A stretch of DNA of 64,000 nt, from assembly GCA_964527545.1 (NCBI GenBank), contig CAZGQF010000002.1, positions 157,981 to 221,980 on the forward strand, read 5' to 3'. The notes under the pieces are model-generated. The model had not been told where the DNA came from, made no database searches, and was given only the letters and a program-made list of their open reading frames with translations. This document shows positions 28,150 through 36,800 of this stretch, one piece after another (the stretch's first letter is position 1; each line of letters begins with the position of its first letter). Source of the DNA: Candidatus Undinarchaeota archaeon. GTDB lineage: Archaea > SpSt-1190 > DYHY01 > CAZGQF01. Made by a program: the position numbers and the translations under genes.

Positions 28150-28344
28150 TTAGACTTCCCACTCGTCCTCGTCGTCTTCTTCTTCCCGCGGCCTCTTGTC
28201 CTCTGGCGATGGGAAGCGTATGCCAAGGTTGGGGGAGCGGCCGACCACAGTCCAGTCCTGCCCGCAGTCGCAGCAGACAACTCGAGCGCCGGTCTTCTCC
28301 CTGAAAAGTTCTATCTCAGCCCCGCACTTGAGGCAGTAAGCCAT
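28150..28344 (-). CDS. LysW-like zinc-ribbon protein with acidic C-terminal tail (64 aa)
   Basis: MAYCLKCGAEIEL...VVCCDCGQDW..V then EEEDDEDEWEV, resembling the LysW/ArgW amino-group carrier pattern CxxCG..IEL...C.DCG plus an acidic ...EDWGE-type tail; start reassigned to an internal ATG of ORF 28150..28437. Confidence 0.45.
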   Translation of the reverse strand: MAYCLKCGAEIELFREKTGARVVCCDCGQDWTVVGRSPNLGIRFPSPEDKRPREEEDDEDEWEV

Positions 28345-28570
28345 GGCGCTGTGGGCTTTTTGGCTGGTTTTAAAAGAGTTCACCTTGCGAGGGAGAGGCC
28401 GCTCCGTCCACCTCTGCGGAGGGATAGAAGCCCGCAAAAAGGCCCTTGAGAGAGAGGAGGCCTCCAGAAGAGACCTGGAAGGCAGGAGAAAAGATGGAGG
28501 AGGGGAGAGCCTCCTTCGCAGCCTTTAAGGTGGGGGGGCGCCTCGCAGGACGAATCACAGGACCCGCCAC

Positions 28571-28580
28571 TTTTTATAAA
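28571..28580 (+). promoter_or_regulatory. TATA box of leaderless hmgA
   Basis: tttttataaa 22-31 nt upstream of ATG 28602. Confidence 0.55.
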
Positions 28581-28601
28581 CCTGCGAGAGAAGGCGCCTC
28601 C

Positions 28602-29807
28602 ATGTCAATTGCAGAGAAGCTCGCCAAGGGCGAGATGAAGTTCTACGAAGTCGACGAAGACGACATCAACGAGGCGGCCGGACACCGGAGAAAGGCGCTG
28701 GAGAAGATGACGGGGGCAGACCTCTCCGCCCTCGAGCCCTCTTTCGACCTCAATTTGACGAAGGGGCGCAACGTGGAGAACGCGATAGGGACTGCGAAGC
28801 TTCCGCTCGGCGTGGCAGGCCCCCTGACAGTGGATGGGGAGGGCGATGTCTACGTCCCGCTCGCCACCACTGAAGGTGCCCTCGTCGCCAGCGTCAACCG
28901 CGGCTGTTCCGCCCTGAGGAGGAGCGGCGGAGCCAAAGCCGTAGTGCTGAAAGACGGTGTCTCGAGAGGGCCTGTCCTCCGCGCGAAAGACTTGGGCCAC
29001 GCGCAAAAGATAGTCGAGTTCGTCCACGACCACTACAAGGAGGTCGAGGAGGTCTTCAACGGCGAGAGCAAGTTCATGGCGCTCCAGAACGTGGAGACCT
29101 GGATACTGGGAAGGAACGTCTTCCTCCGCTTCGTGGCAGGCACCGGGGACGCGATGGGGATGAACATGGTCACCACTGCGACGTCGCGCGCCTGCGAGTT
29201 CATCGACAAGGAGACGGGCTCCAAGACCGTGGCGGTGAGCGGCAACATGTGCATCGACAAGAAGCCGGGCTTCGTCAACGTCCTGCTGGGGAGGGGCAAG
29301 ACTGTCTGCGCTGAGGCGACAGTGAAGAGGGGAGTCGTGGAGAAGATCCTCAAGACCACTCCCGAGGCGATAGTGGAGGTCGCCTACAGGAAAGTCCTCC
29401 TCGGCAGCGCGATGGCAGGCTCCCTCGCCTACAACGCCCACGCCGCCAACATAGTGGCAGCCCTCTTCATAGCGACAGGCCAGGACCCGGCGCAGGTGGT
29501 GGAGAGCTCCATGGCGACCACTTTGGCAGAGGTGCGCGACGGCGACCTCTACATCACTGTCAACCTCCCCTGTCTCGAGGTTGCCACGGTCGGGGGCGGC
29601 ACCCACCTGCCAGCCCAGAACGCGGGCCTGGCCATGCTCGGATGCGTTGAGGACGTAAAGCCGGGAGAGAACGTGAAGAGATTCACGAAGATTGCGGCCT
29701 CCACCGTCCTCGCCGGAGAGCTCTCCCTCCTCGGCTCTCTCGCAGAGGGGACGCTCTCCCAAAGCCACGAGAGGCTGGGCAGGGGAAAGAACAAGGGCAG
29801 GGACTGA
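28602..29807 (+). CDS. hmgA: 3-hydroxy-3-methylglutaryl-CoA reductase (class I)
   Basis: ENAIGTAKLPLGVAGPL, VPLATTEGALVAS, DAMGMNM and GTVGG motifs; start set at ATG 28602, 27 nt downstream of the TATA box tttttataaa (28571-28580), instead of the ORF-table 28446. Confidence 0.9.
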   Translation: MSIAEKLAKGEMKFYEVDEDDINEAAGHRRKALEKMTGADLSALEPSFDLNLTKGRNVENAIGTAKLPLGVAGPLTVDGEGDVYVPLATTEGALVASVNRGCSALRRSGGAKAVVLKDGVSRGPVLRAKDLGHAQKIVEFVHDHYKEVEEVFNGESKFMALQNVETWILGRNVFLRFVAGTGDAMGMNMVTTATSRACEFIDKETGSKTVAVSGNMCIDKKPGFVNVLLGRGKTVCAEATVKRGVVEKILKTTPEAIVEVAYRKVLLGSAMAGSLAYNAHAANIVAALFIATGQDPAQVVESSMATTLAEVRDGDLYITVNLPCLEVATVGGGTHLPAQNAGLAMLGCVEDVKPGENVKRFTKIAASTVLAGELSLLGSLAEGTLSQSHERLGRGKNKGRD

Positions 29808-29953
29808 AGATAAGTTAACTATCGACCTGCCCCAGTTGACTTTGCTTCTCCCCCTTCAATCTCCTTAACTCTTTCCGGAAAGATTTAAGTTTATTTATAA
29901 ATAAAGTTAAGTTTTAGAGAAAAACTTAAATTTAGGGAAGCCTAAATTAAGTT

Positions 29954-31141
29954 ATGAAAGAGGTGGAGTTCGTCAGTCAGCGAACTGGGAAGCTCTTTTG
30001 GGAACCCAACGGTGCTTTCTACCGTTTCGAGCCCTCCTTCCTTCCTTTCAAGAACCCCCCTTCCGGCAATGAGCTCACCGACGCCCTGTTCAGGACAGCA
30101 TTGGTCCTTGGACGTCTGGACGAGCTCACGCGTGAGATGTCCCCAGAGGAGGTGGCCCTTTTGAAGGCGCCCTTCATATTGAAGGAAGCAACATTGAGCT
30201 CTGAAATAGAGGGAACGCGTTCAACTCTCGCAGACGTCTACAGGGATGAGAAACAGAAAAGCAAGGACGAGCGGAAAAAACAGGACAACGAAGAGATACG
30301 CAATTATGCTGCGGCTTTGGAGCACGGGCTCAAAAACATGGGTGATGAGATAAGTGAGGACCTCATAAAAGAGATCCACAGGATACTCCTGGAAGGTGTG
30401 AGGGGATACAGAAAAAATCCCGGCGAGTACAAGACTGTCCAGAATGCTATCGGGTCCCACAGGGACACCTTGGAAACTGCCAAATTCGTTCCTGCCTCTC
30501 CTGGAAAGACCCCTGCCTTGATGAAAAATTTCGTGGATTACGCCAATTCCCATTCGAAGACCAACAGCCTCTACAAACTAGCGACACTGCACTATCAGTT
30601 CGAGGCGATTCATCCGTTCAGAGACGGCAACGGAAGACTGGGCAGGTTGCTGATAATACTCTCTTTGCGAAGGGAGGGAGTATTGCACCAGCCCCTGCTC
30701 TATGTCAGCGAGTTCTTCAACCGCAACAGGGATAGCTATACCGATCTCCTTTACAGGGCCAGTTCAGAGGGGGACCTGGAAGGCTGGACTCTCTTCTTCC
30801 TCAAAGCGCTGGAGACGCAGGCCGAACAGTCGCTTCAATTGATCCGGGAGCTTGGGGAGTACAAGGCCACACTGCTGTCCAGCATTGAAGACGTCTCAAG
30901 GAGCCAAAACCTCTACCGCCTCGTGGAATTGATATTCAGGAATCCCTACATAAAAATAACTGAGGTCTCAGAGACGCTGGACATGTCTGTGGCCGGCGCT
31001 TCCGGGCTGGTGCACAAGCTCGAAGATGGTGGAGTCCTGAAAGAGATAACGGGGAAGAAAAGCAACAAGCTCTTTGTGGCGCACAAAATACTGCACCTTC
31101 TCATCCAGAGCCAGTCACGGCCTAGACCTTCAGGAAGATGA
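29954..31141 (+). CDS. Fic/DOC-family protein (putative AMPylase) with C-terminal winged-helix
   Basis: Canonical Fic motif HPFRDGNGRLGR; gene GC visibly lower than neighbours and preceded by an AT-rich 146-bp spacer. Confidence 0.85.
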   Translation: MKEVEFVSQRTGKLFWEPNGAFYRFEPSFLPFKNPPSGNELTDALFRTALVLGRLDELTREMSPEEVALLKAPFILKEATLSSEIEGTRSTLADVYRDEKQKSKDERKKQDNEEIRNYAAALEHGLKNMGDEISEDLIKEIHRILLEGVRGYRKNPGEYKTVQNAIGSHRDTLETAKFVPASPGKTPALMKNFVDYANSHSKTNSLYKLATLHYQFEAIHPFRDGNGRLGRLLIILSLRREGVLHQPLLYVSEFFNRNRDSYTDLLYRASSEGDLEGWTLFFLKALETQAEQSLQLIRELGEYKATLLSSIEDVSRSQNLYRLVELIFRNPYIKITEVSETLDMSVAGASGLVHKLEDGGVLKEITGKKSNKLFVAHKILHLLIQSQSRPRPSGR

Positions 31142-31676
31142 AGACAGCAACGGCCACCAAGACCACGGCCGCAGCTATCATCGGCGTGCTGATCTCCGCA
31201 GCCTCAGGCTCGTGCCATCCAGGGTCTGTCGGGTTGTAGCTGTGGTCCACCTCCACCTTCAGGATTGAAACCACGTCCTGCCTCACGGAAAGAAAGCCTT
31301 CCTCCTCTGCCGGCCCCGTGGAGATGGAGATCCTGTACTGATAAACACCTTCAGGCGTCTCTGGAGGTATGTCTGCGTAGACCCAGACAACCTCCCTGTC
31401 CGGCGACTCCGTCGAGCCTGGACCCAACTCAAACTCTTCCGGCTTCAAAAAGAGCCACTCCTCCTCACCGCCCTCCTTTACTGCAAGATGAGCGGTCGTC
31501 TTAACTTTCCCCTCGTCGTTCCAGTAGACCCGCACCGTTATGTCCTCTTTCGGCGAGATCTTCGGGTTGACCTTCAGCGTCTGAATCGCGGGCGAGACCC
31601 CGAAGGCAAGAACTGGAGCGAGAAGCAGGAACATGGTGAAAAAGGCGCTCAACTTCATTTTAACCATCCTTGGACA
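31122..31676 (-). CDS. Secreted/cell-surface protein with N-terminal signal peptide and C-terminal TM anchor
   Basis: MVKMKLSAFFTMFLLLAPVLAFG signal peptide; C-terminal hydrophobic anchor IAAAVVLVAVAVFIFLKV; SD-like GGGAGGT 9 nt upstream of ATG 31676. Confidence 0.5.
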   Translation of the reverse strand, partial: CPRMVKMKLSAFFTMFLLLAPVLAFGVSPAIQTLKVNPKISPKEDITVRVYWNDEGKVKTTAHLAVKEGGEEEWLFLKPEEFELGPGSTESPDREVVWVYADIPPETPEGVYQYRISISTGPAEEEGFLSVRQDVVSILKVEVDHSYNPTDPGWHEPEAAEISTPMIAAAVVLVAVAVFIFLKV

Positions 31677-31693
31677 ACCTCCCAATATATGCC

Positions 31694-32758
31694 TTAGCCG
31701 TATTCAAAGCTCTCCGTGGAGTTGGCAGAGGCGGAGTCGTCGTCCGTGGCTGTGACGTTGACAGTCCAGGAGCCGCTCTCGTCGTCTCCGGTGAAGACGT
31801 GTGTGCAAGTGACGTTCCTCTCCGTGTCGGAGAGCGTGTTGAGAGAGGCGGACTCGCCCATGTATCCGGTGGTCGGGCCGACCCAGTCGCAGGTCCCGCT
31901 CGTGATGTCTGAGGCGAGGTTGTTGTCTGTCGCCGTGAGCCAGGCGGTCACTGTCCTGTTGCTTCCAGTCTTGTTGACTTTGATCCCAGGGTCGTCCTCG
32001 TCCGGGTTGATGGTCACCGCACCCGCAGTGGGCGCCACGTTCAGCACCGTGACGCTCGTGGTGACTGTCGAGTTGTCCTTCTCGGGCTGGCCGAGTATCC
32101 CGTACCTCGAGAAGTGCGGGACCATAGCCCAGACAAAGTTCTTTTCCGTGTCAACACCCCCTTCCGGAAGCCCCTCCCAGACAGCTGTCTCCGGGTTGTA
32201 GTAGTAGATCCTGAGACTCTCCTCCACTGTCTTGTAGAGGTCCTCCTCGGAGTAGTGGAGCCTCATCTCCACCGGCTCTCTCGGCTGTTCGCTCACCTCC
32301 ACGTCGACGTAGAAGCCTGCGCCCCTCATCTCGCCGAAGCCCCATCTGGCCTCCTTCTTCGTGATCTCAAAGTCTGCCCCCTCCGGGAAGGCGGACCTCT
32401 CTATGAACAGTTCAGTGCTCTCCTCCGGCGAGCTTACCCTGCCTCCGCTCACCTCTTCGCTGACTGAAACCTCTTTTGAGCTCGATTCTATCTTGAGTCC
32501 GCTTGTCTCCTCTCTCTCCTGCGTCTCTTCCGTTTCGTTCTCTGAAGATAAATAAAAAGACGCGGGGGACTCTGAGTTCCCCCGCGAGTTTTCGTGTCTT
32601 TGTTGGCCACAGTCATCCCAAGCGACGGTAAACCTCACTTCAGACACGTCCGCTTCGCGGGGGTCTTCATGAGTTCCCATCACGGGAAAGCGTCCAGAGT
32701 ATAGAAGTCCGACTAATCCGATCGTCACCAATGCCAAAGCAATGGTCCGTTTCATCAT
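31694..32758 (-). CDS. Secreted protein (354 aa) with signal peptide
   Basis: MMKRTIALALVTIGLVGLL signal sequence; acidic, Ser/Thr-rich; C-terminal region similar to neighbouring secreted paralogs. Confidence 0.5.
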   Translation of the reverse strand: MMKRTIALALVTIGLVGLLYSGRFPVMGTHEDPREADVSEVRFTVAWDDCGQQRHENSRGNSESPASFYLSSENETEETQEREETSGLKIESSSKEVSVSEEVSGGRVSSPEESTELFIERSAFPEGADFEITKKEARWGFGEMRGAGFYVDVEVSEQPREPVEMRLHYSEEDLYKTVEESLRIYYYNPETAVWEGLPEGGVDTEKNFVWAMVPHFSRYGILGQPEKDNSTVTTSVTVLNVAPTAGAVTINPDEDDPGIKVNKTGSNRTVTAWLTATDNNLASDITSGTCDWVGPTTGYMGESASLNTLSDTERNVTCTHVFTGDDESGSWTVNVTATDDDSASANSTESFEYG

Positions 32759-32776
32759 TTCAGTCTTCCTTCATAC

Positions 32777-33697
32777 TCAGTTTCCTGCTTCAGCCTGCAC
32801 GCTTATGGTGCCGTTGTACTGCTGGTCTGGCAGTGCGCTCGGCACGTCAAGCCTGTGCTTCATCAGGACGCCGCTGTTCACCTCGACATCGGCTCCGTCA
32901 GTGTAGGCAGCATAGCTGTCTGTGTAGTCTTGCCAACTACCGCTGGTAGCGTTGCTCACGCTCACATTGCCGATTCCGATGGCATAGTTGCCATCAGGGA
33001 AACCCGTCAGATCTTCTCCTTTGATCTGCAGGTCGATGACACCGTTGCCCGTGTTGTTCACGTAGATGGTCTCAGTGGCGTTCTGGTCCGTGGCACTCAG
33101 GTTTAGGGAGCCCCAGCTGACTTCAGTGCCATTCAGGTCCATGTACGCGGCCTGCATGTACTGGAAAGTCACGCTGGCGTTGGTCTCCGTCCAAGCACCG
33201 TCGTCGTCCTGGACACTGAACCTGACCTTCCAGTCTCCCGGTAGGTCGTTGTAGGTCAGGTTCTGGTTACACTTCACGGTTATGTTGACTTCATTGCTTA
33301 TTGTATTCGAGTCAACTTCGCCGGATCCAGAGTAGACCACGTCTTCGTTGGGGTCGAGCCACGAACAGTTGACACTGCTCACGTCGTCCCCGCCGTTGTT
33401 GTCGGTGACCACAGCCCAAGCCTCGATAAGCCTATTCGTAGACTCTTCGGGGTCGAACTCTGCCTTCCCGTCGTTGGCGCCCTCGAGAACGTCGGGAGGG
33501 TCTGCTTCGTCAGGGTCGTCCGGCATGTAGGCAGCCGCGGTCCCGTTCCACTTTGGAGCCTCGTTGGCTACAGTCACAACGGTTGTGGCCTCCGTCGGCC
33601 CGTCCGGGTCTGTAGGATTGTCTGCCACTACCGCGGGCAAGGCCATCAGCAGTGTCGCCATGGCAACCACTACGGCCATTCTTGTTTTTCCTTTCAT
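32777..33697 (-). CDS. Secreted N-glycosylation-sequon-rich protein (306 aa)
   Basis: Signal peptide MAVVVAMATLLMALPAVVA; many N-x-T/S sequons; C-terminal domain (WGSLNLS...NNTGNGVIDLQ) homologous to the C-terminus of the giant 33801..37604 protein; strong SD AAGGAGGTGA 4 nt upstream of ATG. Confidence 0.55.
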   Translation of the reverse strand: MKGKTRMAVVVAMATLLMALPAVVADNPTDPDGPTEATTVVTVANEAPKWNGTAAAYMPDDPDEADPPDVLEGANDGKAEFDPEESTNRLIEAWAVVTDNNGGDDVSSVNCSWLDPNEDVVYSGSGEVDSNTISNEVNITVKCNQNLTYNDLPGDWKVRFSVQDDDGAWTETNASVTFQYMQAAYMDLNGTEVSWGSLNLSATDQNATETIYVNNTGNGVIDLQIKGEDLTGFPDGNYAIGIGNVSVSNATSGSWQDYTDSYAAYTDGADVEVNSGVLMKHRLDVPSALPDQQYNGTISVQAEAGN

Positions 33698-33800
33698 ATT
33701 TTCACCTCCTTTTTCAGTTGTTCTGCTTTAAATCCCCCACTTCGCGCTTTCTGCCCGGGCTGGGGGGAAAGAATCTCATCCATTTTCTTCTGTTCTCTTT

Positions 33801-36800
33801 TCATGTGCATCCTCCTTCTCCTGACTTGGCCGCGCAGACCGTTATGGTCCCGCGGTACTCCTGGTCTCTCAAGCTGTCTGGCGTGGAGAGGTAGTGCCAG
33901 ACCGGCCAGGTCTCACCTACTCCAAGCTCGTCGTCGTTTGGCGAGTACTTCATGAAGCTCTGTGAGTATGAGATGATTGGGTTGGAACCGGTGTCGTCGC
34001 CCGCGCTCGAGTCGTCGTCGAGCTCGAGGTGGTCGATGGTGAGGTTGAAGCGGTTGTCGGACTGGCCCTCAAAGTGGTCGCCCCTGAAATAGGTCTGGAG
34101 CGCCACGTTGCCTGTGTTGTTGAGCTGGATGACGTCTGAAGAGCGGACTTGGTCCTGGGAGAGGGAGAGGGTGCCCCAGTCGACCGTGGTCGAGTTGAGG
34201 GAGACGAAGACGCCCTCCATGTAGTCGAAAGTGCCGTCCGCCGAGGCGTTGTTGCCCTTGGTGTCTATCGCCCATACCCTGACAGTCCACTCGCCAGGCT
34301 CGTCGTCATAGGCGAAGCGATGCTCGCAGGAGACCTCCCTCTCGTCCTCGGAGAGGCCGCCTTTCGCGGAGACCTCGGCGTCCTCGACGTGGTCAGGCGC
34401 GTCCTCAGACGCGTTGGCGCCGGGCTGGAAGTACCAGCACTCGCCGTCCACTATGTCTGCCCCGCCGTTCGGGTCGGAGGCGATGGCAGAGGCTGTCTGC
34501 GTCCTGTAGGACGACTCCATGGGGTCGAGCTGGGAGCCGGGCGTCTCGGGGTCGTCGTCGGGTGAGAAGGAGGGAGTGTCGACGGCGGGATGGCGGTCGA
34601 CCTCGAAGGTCATCGTCTCTGTCGTCCGCGAGTTGCCGACAGAGTCTTCAGCGGTGATGCGCCAATGGATGAAGTTGTTTGAGCACTCTGAGACGTCGAT
34701 TGTGAAGTTGGTCCAGCCCGACGACGCATTGACGTCCACGGTGTCGAGACTCTCCCACGCGCCCGTCCTGTTCAGCTCTAGCTGGGCCTGGGCGACCTCG
34801 TAGGTGTCCGTCCATCTCGCGCTGACGTTGACGAACTCTCCGTGGTTGGGGAGGGAGTTGTTCTGGGAGAGGTAGGAGTAGTCGGGCGGCGTGGTGTCGA
34901 GCACAAAGGGCACAGTCTCGCTCTGGTCCGTGTTGCCCGCCTCGTCGGCGCAGATGACATAGAGGGAATGGTCGCCGTCCTTCGCGACCGCCAAGTCCAC
35001 GTCCTCGGGCGTCTCGTTGACGACCTCAGTCCCTGTCACGACGTCCCCGTCCAAAAACCAGTCGCAGTCGAATATGTCGTCCCAGCCAGACGGCGACGGG
35101 TCTGTCGGGGTGAATGTGAGGGGGATCGGCGACGACGAGAACATCTCGTCCTCGGACGGCGACGTCACGTTGACTTCAGGAGCGGACGTGTCCGCCTTCA
35201 CACTCTCTTCAGACGAGTTGGCGGAGTTGCCTGCGTCGTCGAACGTCTCGACGACATAGAAGTACTCCTTTCCGTCCTCCACTGTCGAGTCGTCGTAGTC
35301 CCTGTTCCCTCCAGCGTCGAACGACGTGTCGTAGAGGCCGGAAGAGGTCCCGCGCCATACCAGATAGTGTGAGATTGAGTTGATGTCTGACGCCCCGCTC
35401 CAGGAGAGAGAGACCGTCGACTGGGCGTACTGGCCGAGGGGATCGAGAGAGGCTGCGGAGTCGACCGCGGTGTCGACAGTGATCTCCTCCGCCGACGAGT
35501 TGGCAGAATTTTCGGCGGAGTCGAACGTCTCGATCTTGTAGGAGTAGCCGTCGTCAGGCAGGCTCTCTTCGAAGGAGGTGTCGCTCGTGTTCTGGGCGAG
35601 CGACCAGGGACCGCCCGCCTTCCGCCAGAGCATGTAGTGGGAGACTCCGTTGGTGTCGGACGCTCCGCTCCAGGAGACTGAGACGTTGCCCGTCGTCGAG
35701 TAGTCGGGGAAGGGCGTGACCTCGGCCGGGCTGTCGACGCCCAAGTCGACCGTGGTAGAGACTTCGTTGGAGTCTGAGTGGAGGCCGACATTGTCGTAGG
35801 CGCGTATAACGTAGAAAACTGGTCCGTCAGAGCGGACGTCGAACGTGGAGGTCGAGTTGAGGGAGCGGATCACCTCGCCGCCTGTCGCCGGCGACGTCTC
35901 GGCCCGCCAGACGTCGTAGCTGTCGATGCCGTTGGCGTCCGACGACTCTGTCCAGTCGAGGTCGATCTCGCCGTCCCTGTCGTAGTCGGGAAGCGAGGAG
36001 AGTGATGGTGCGGAGGGCGGCGTGTTGTCGTACTCGCACATCGAGTTACAGCCCTCGCCTGCGGCGAAGAGGCCTTCGCCCCGCTCGTCGCACTCTGGGT
36101 CCGCGCCGCAGTAGACCTCGCACAGGTCTGTGGAGTCGCGGTTGTTCTCGCACATCGTGGAGTTCCTGCACGCCCCCTCGCTGACGTCGCAGAAGGCGCC
36201 GCTCGCACAGTCGGCGTCCGACGAGCAGGAGGTCGGACAAGGCGGGCAGCCGCATCCCGAGTCGCAGTACTGTATGGCGTAGAGGCCGCAGTCAGCCCTG
36301 CAGATGTCGTCGTGCTGGAGGCCGTTGCACTCTATGTCCGCGCCGCAGTCGTTGAAGTTGCAGACAGAGAAAGAGGCGTCCTCAAGGGTGTCGTCACAAC
36401 CGCACGACCCCGTACATCGCGAGCCGTCCATGATCTCGTTGCCGGCCGCAGTCCCTGCTCCGTCGTACTCGTAGAGCACTCCTCCGTCGCAGTAGTCGTT
36501 GGCGCAGTAGTCGTCAGGCATCTTGCCCTCGCACTGGGCATCCGCGCCGCACTCAGTGTCGCAGGTCGAGTAGAGGCCGTTCTCGAGCGTCGAGTCGCAC
36601 TCGCACCCGTTCTCGCAGGTCGCCCCGTTCTTGGAGCCGTCACCGGCCGCAGTCCCGGCGCCGTCGTACTCGTAGAGCCTGTTGTTGGAGCAGTAGTCTG
36701 CCATGCAGATGGTGCCTGGCCGCTGATGGTTGCAGAGGCTGTCCGCGCCGCACTCAGTGTCGCAGAGCCTGTAGGGCTCTGCCTCGAGAGTGTCCTCGCA

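Noticed and set aside
28446-28601. 52-codon N-terminal extension of the hmgA ORF
   Set aside because: Non-conserved basic sequence covering the promoter and TATA box; HMG-CoA reductase homology starts at MSIAEK (28602).
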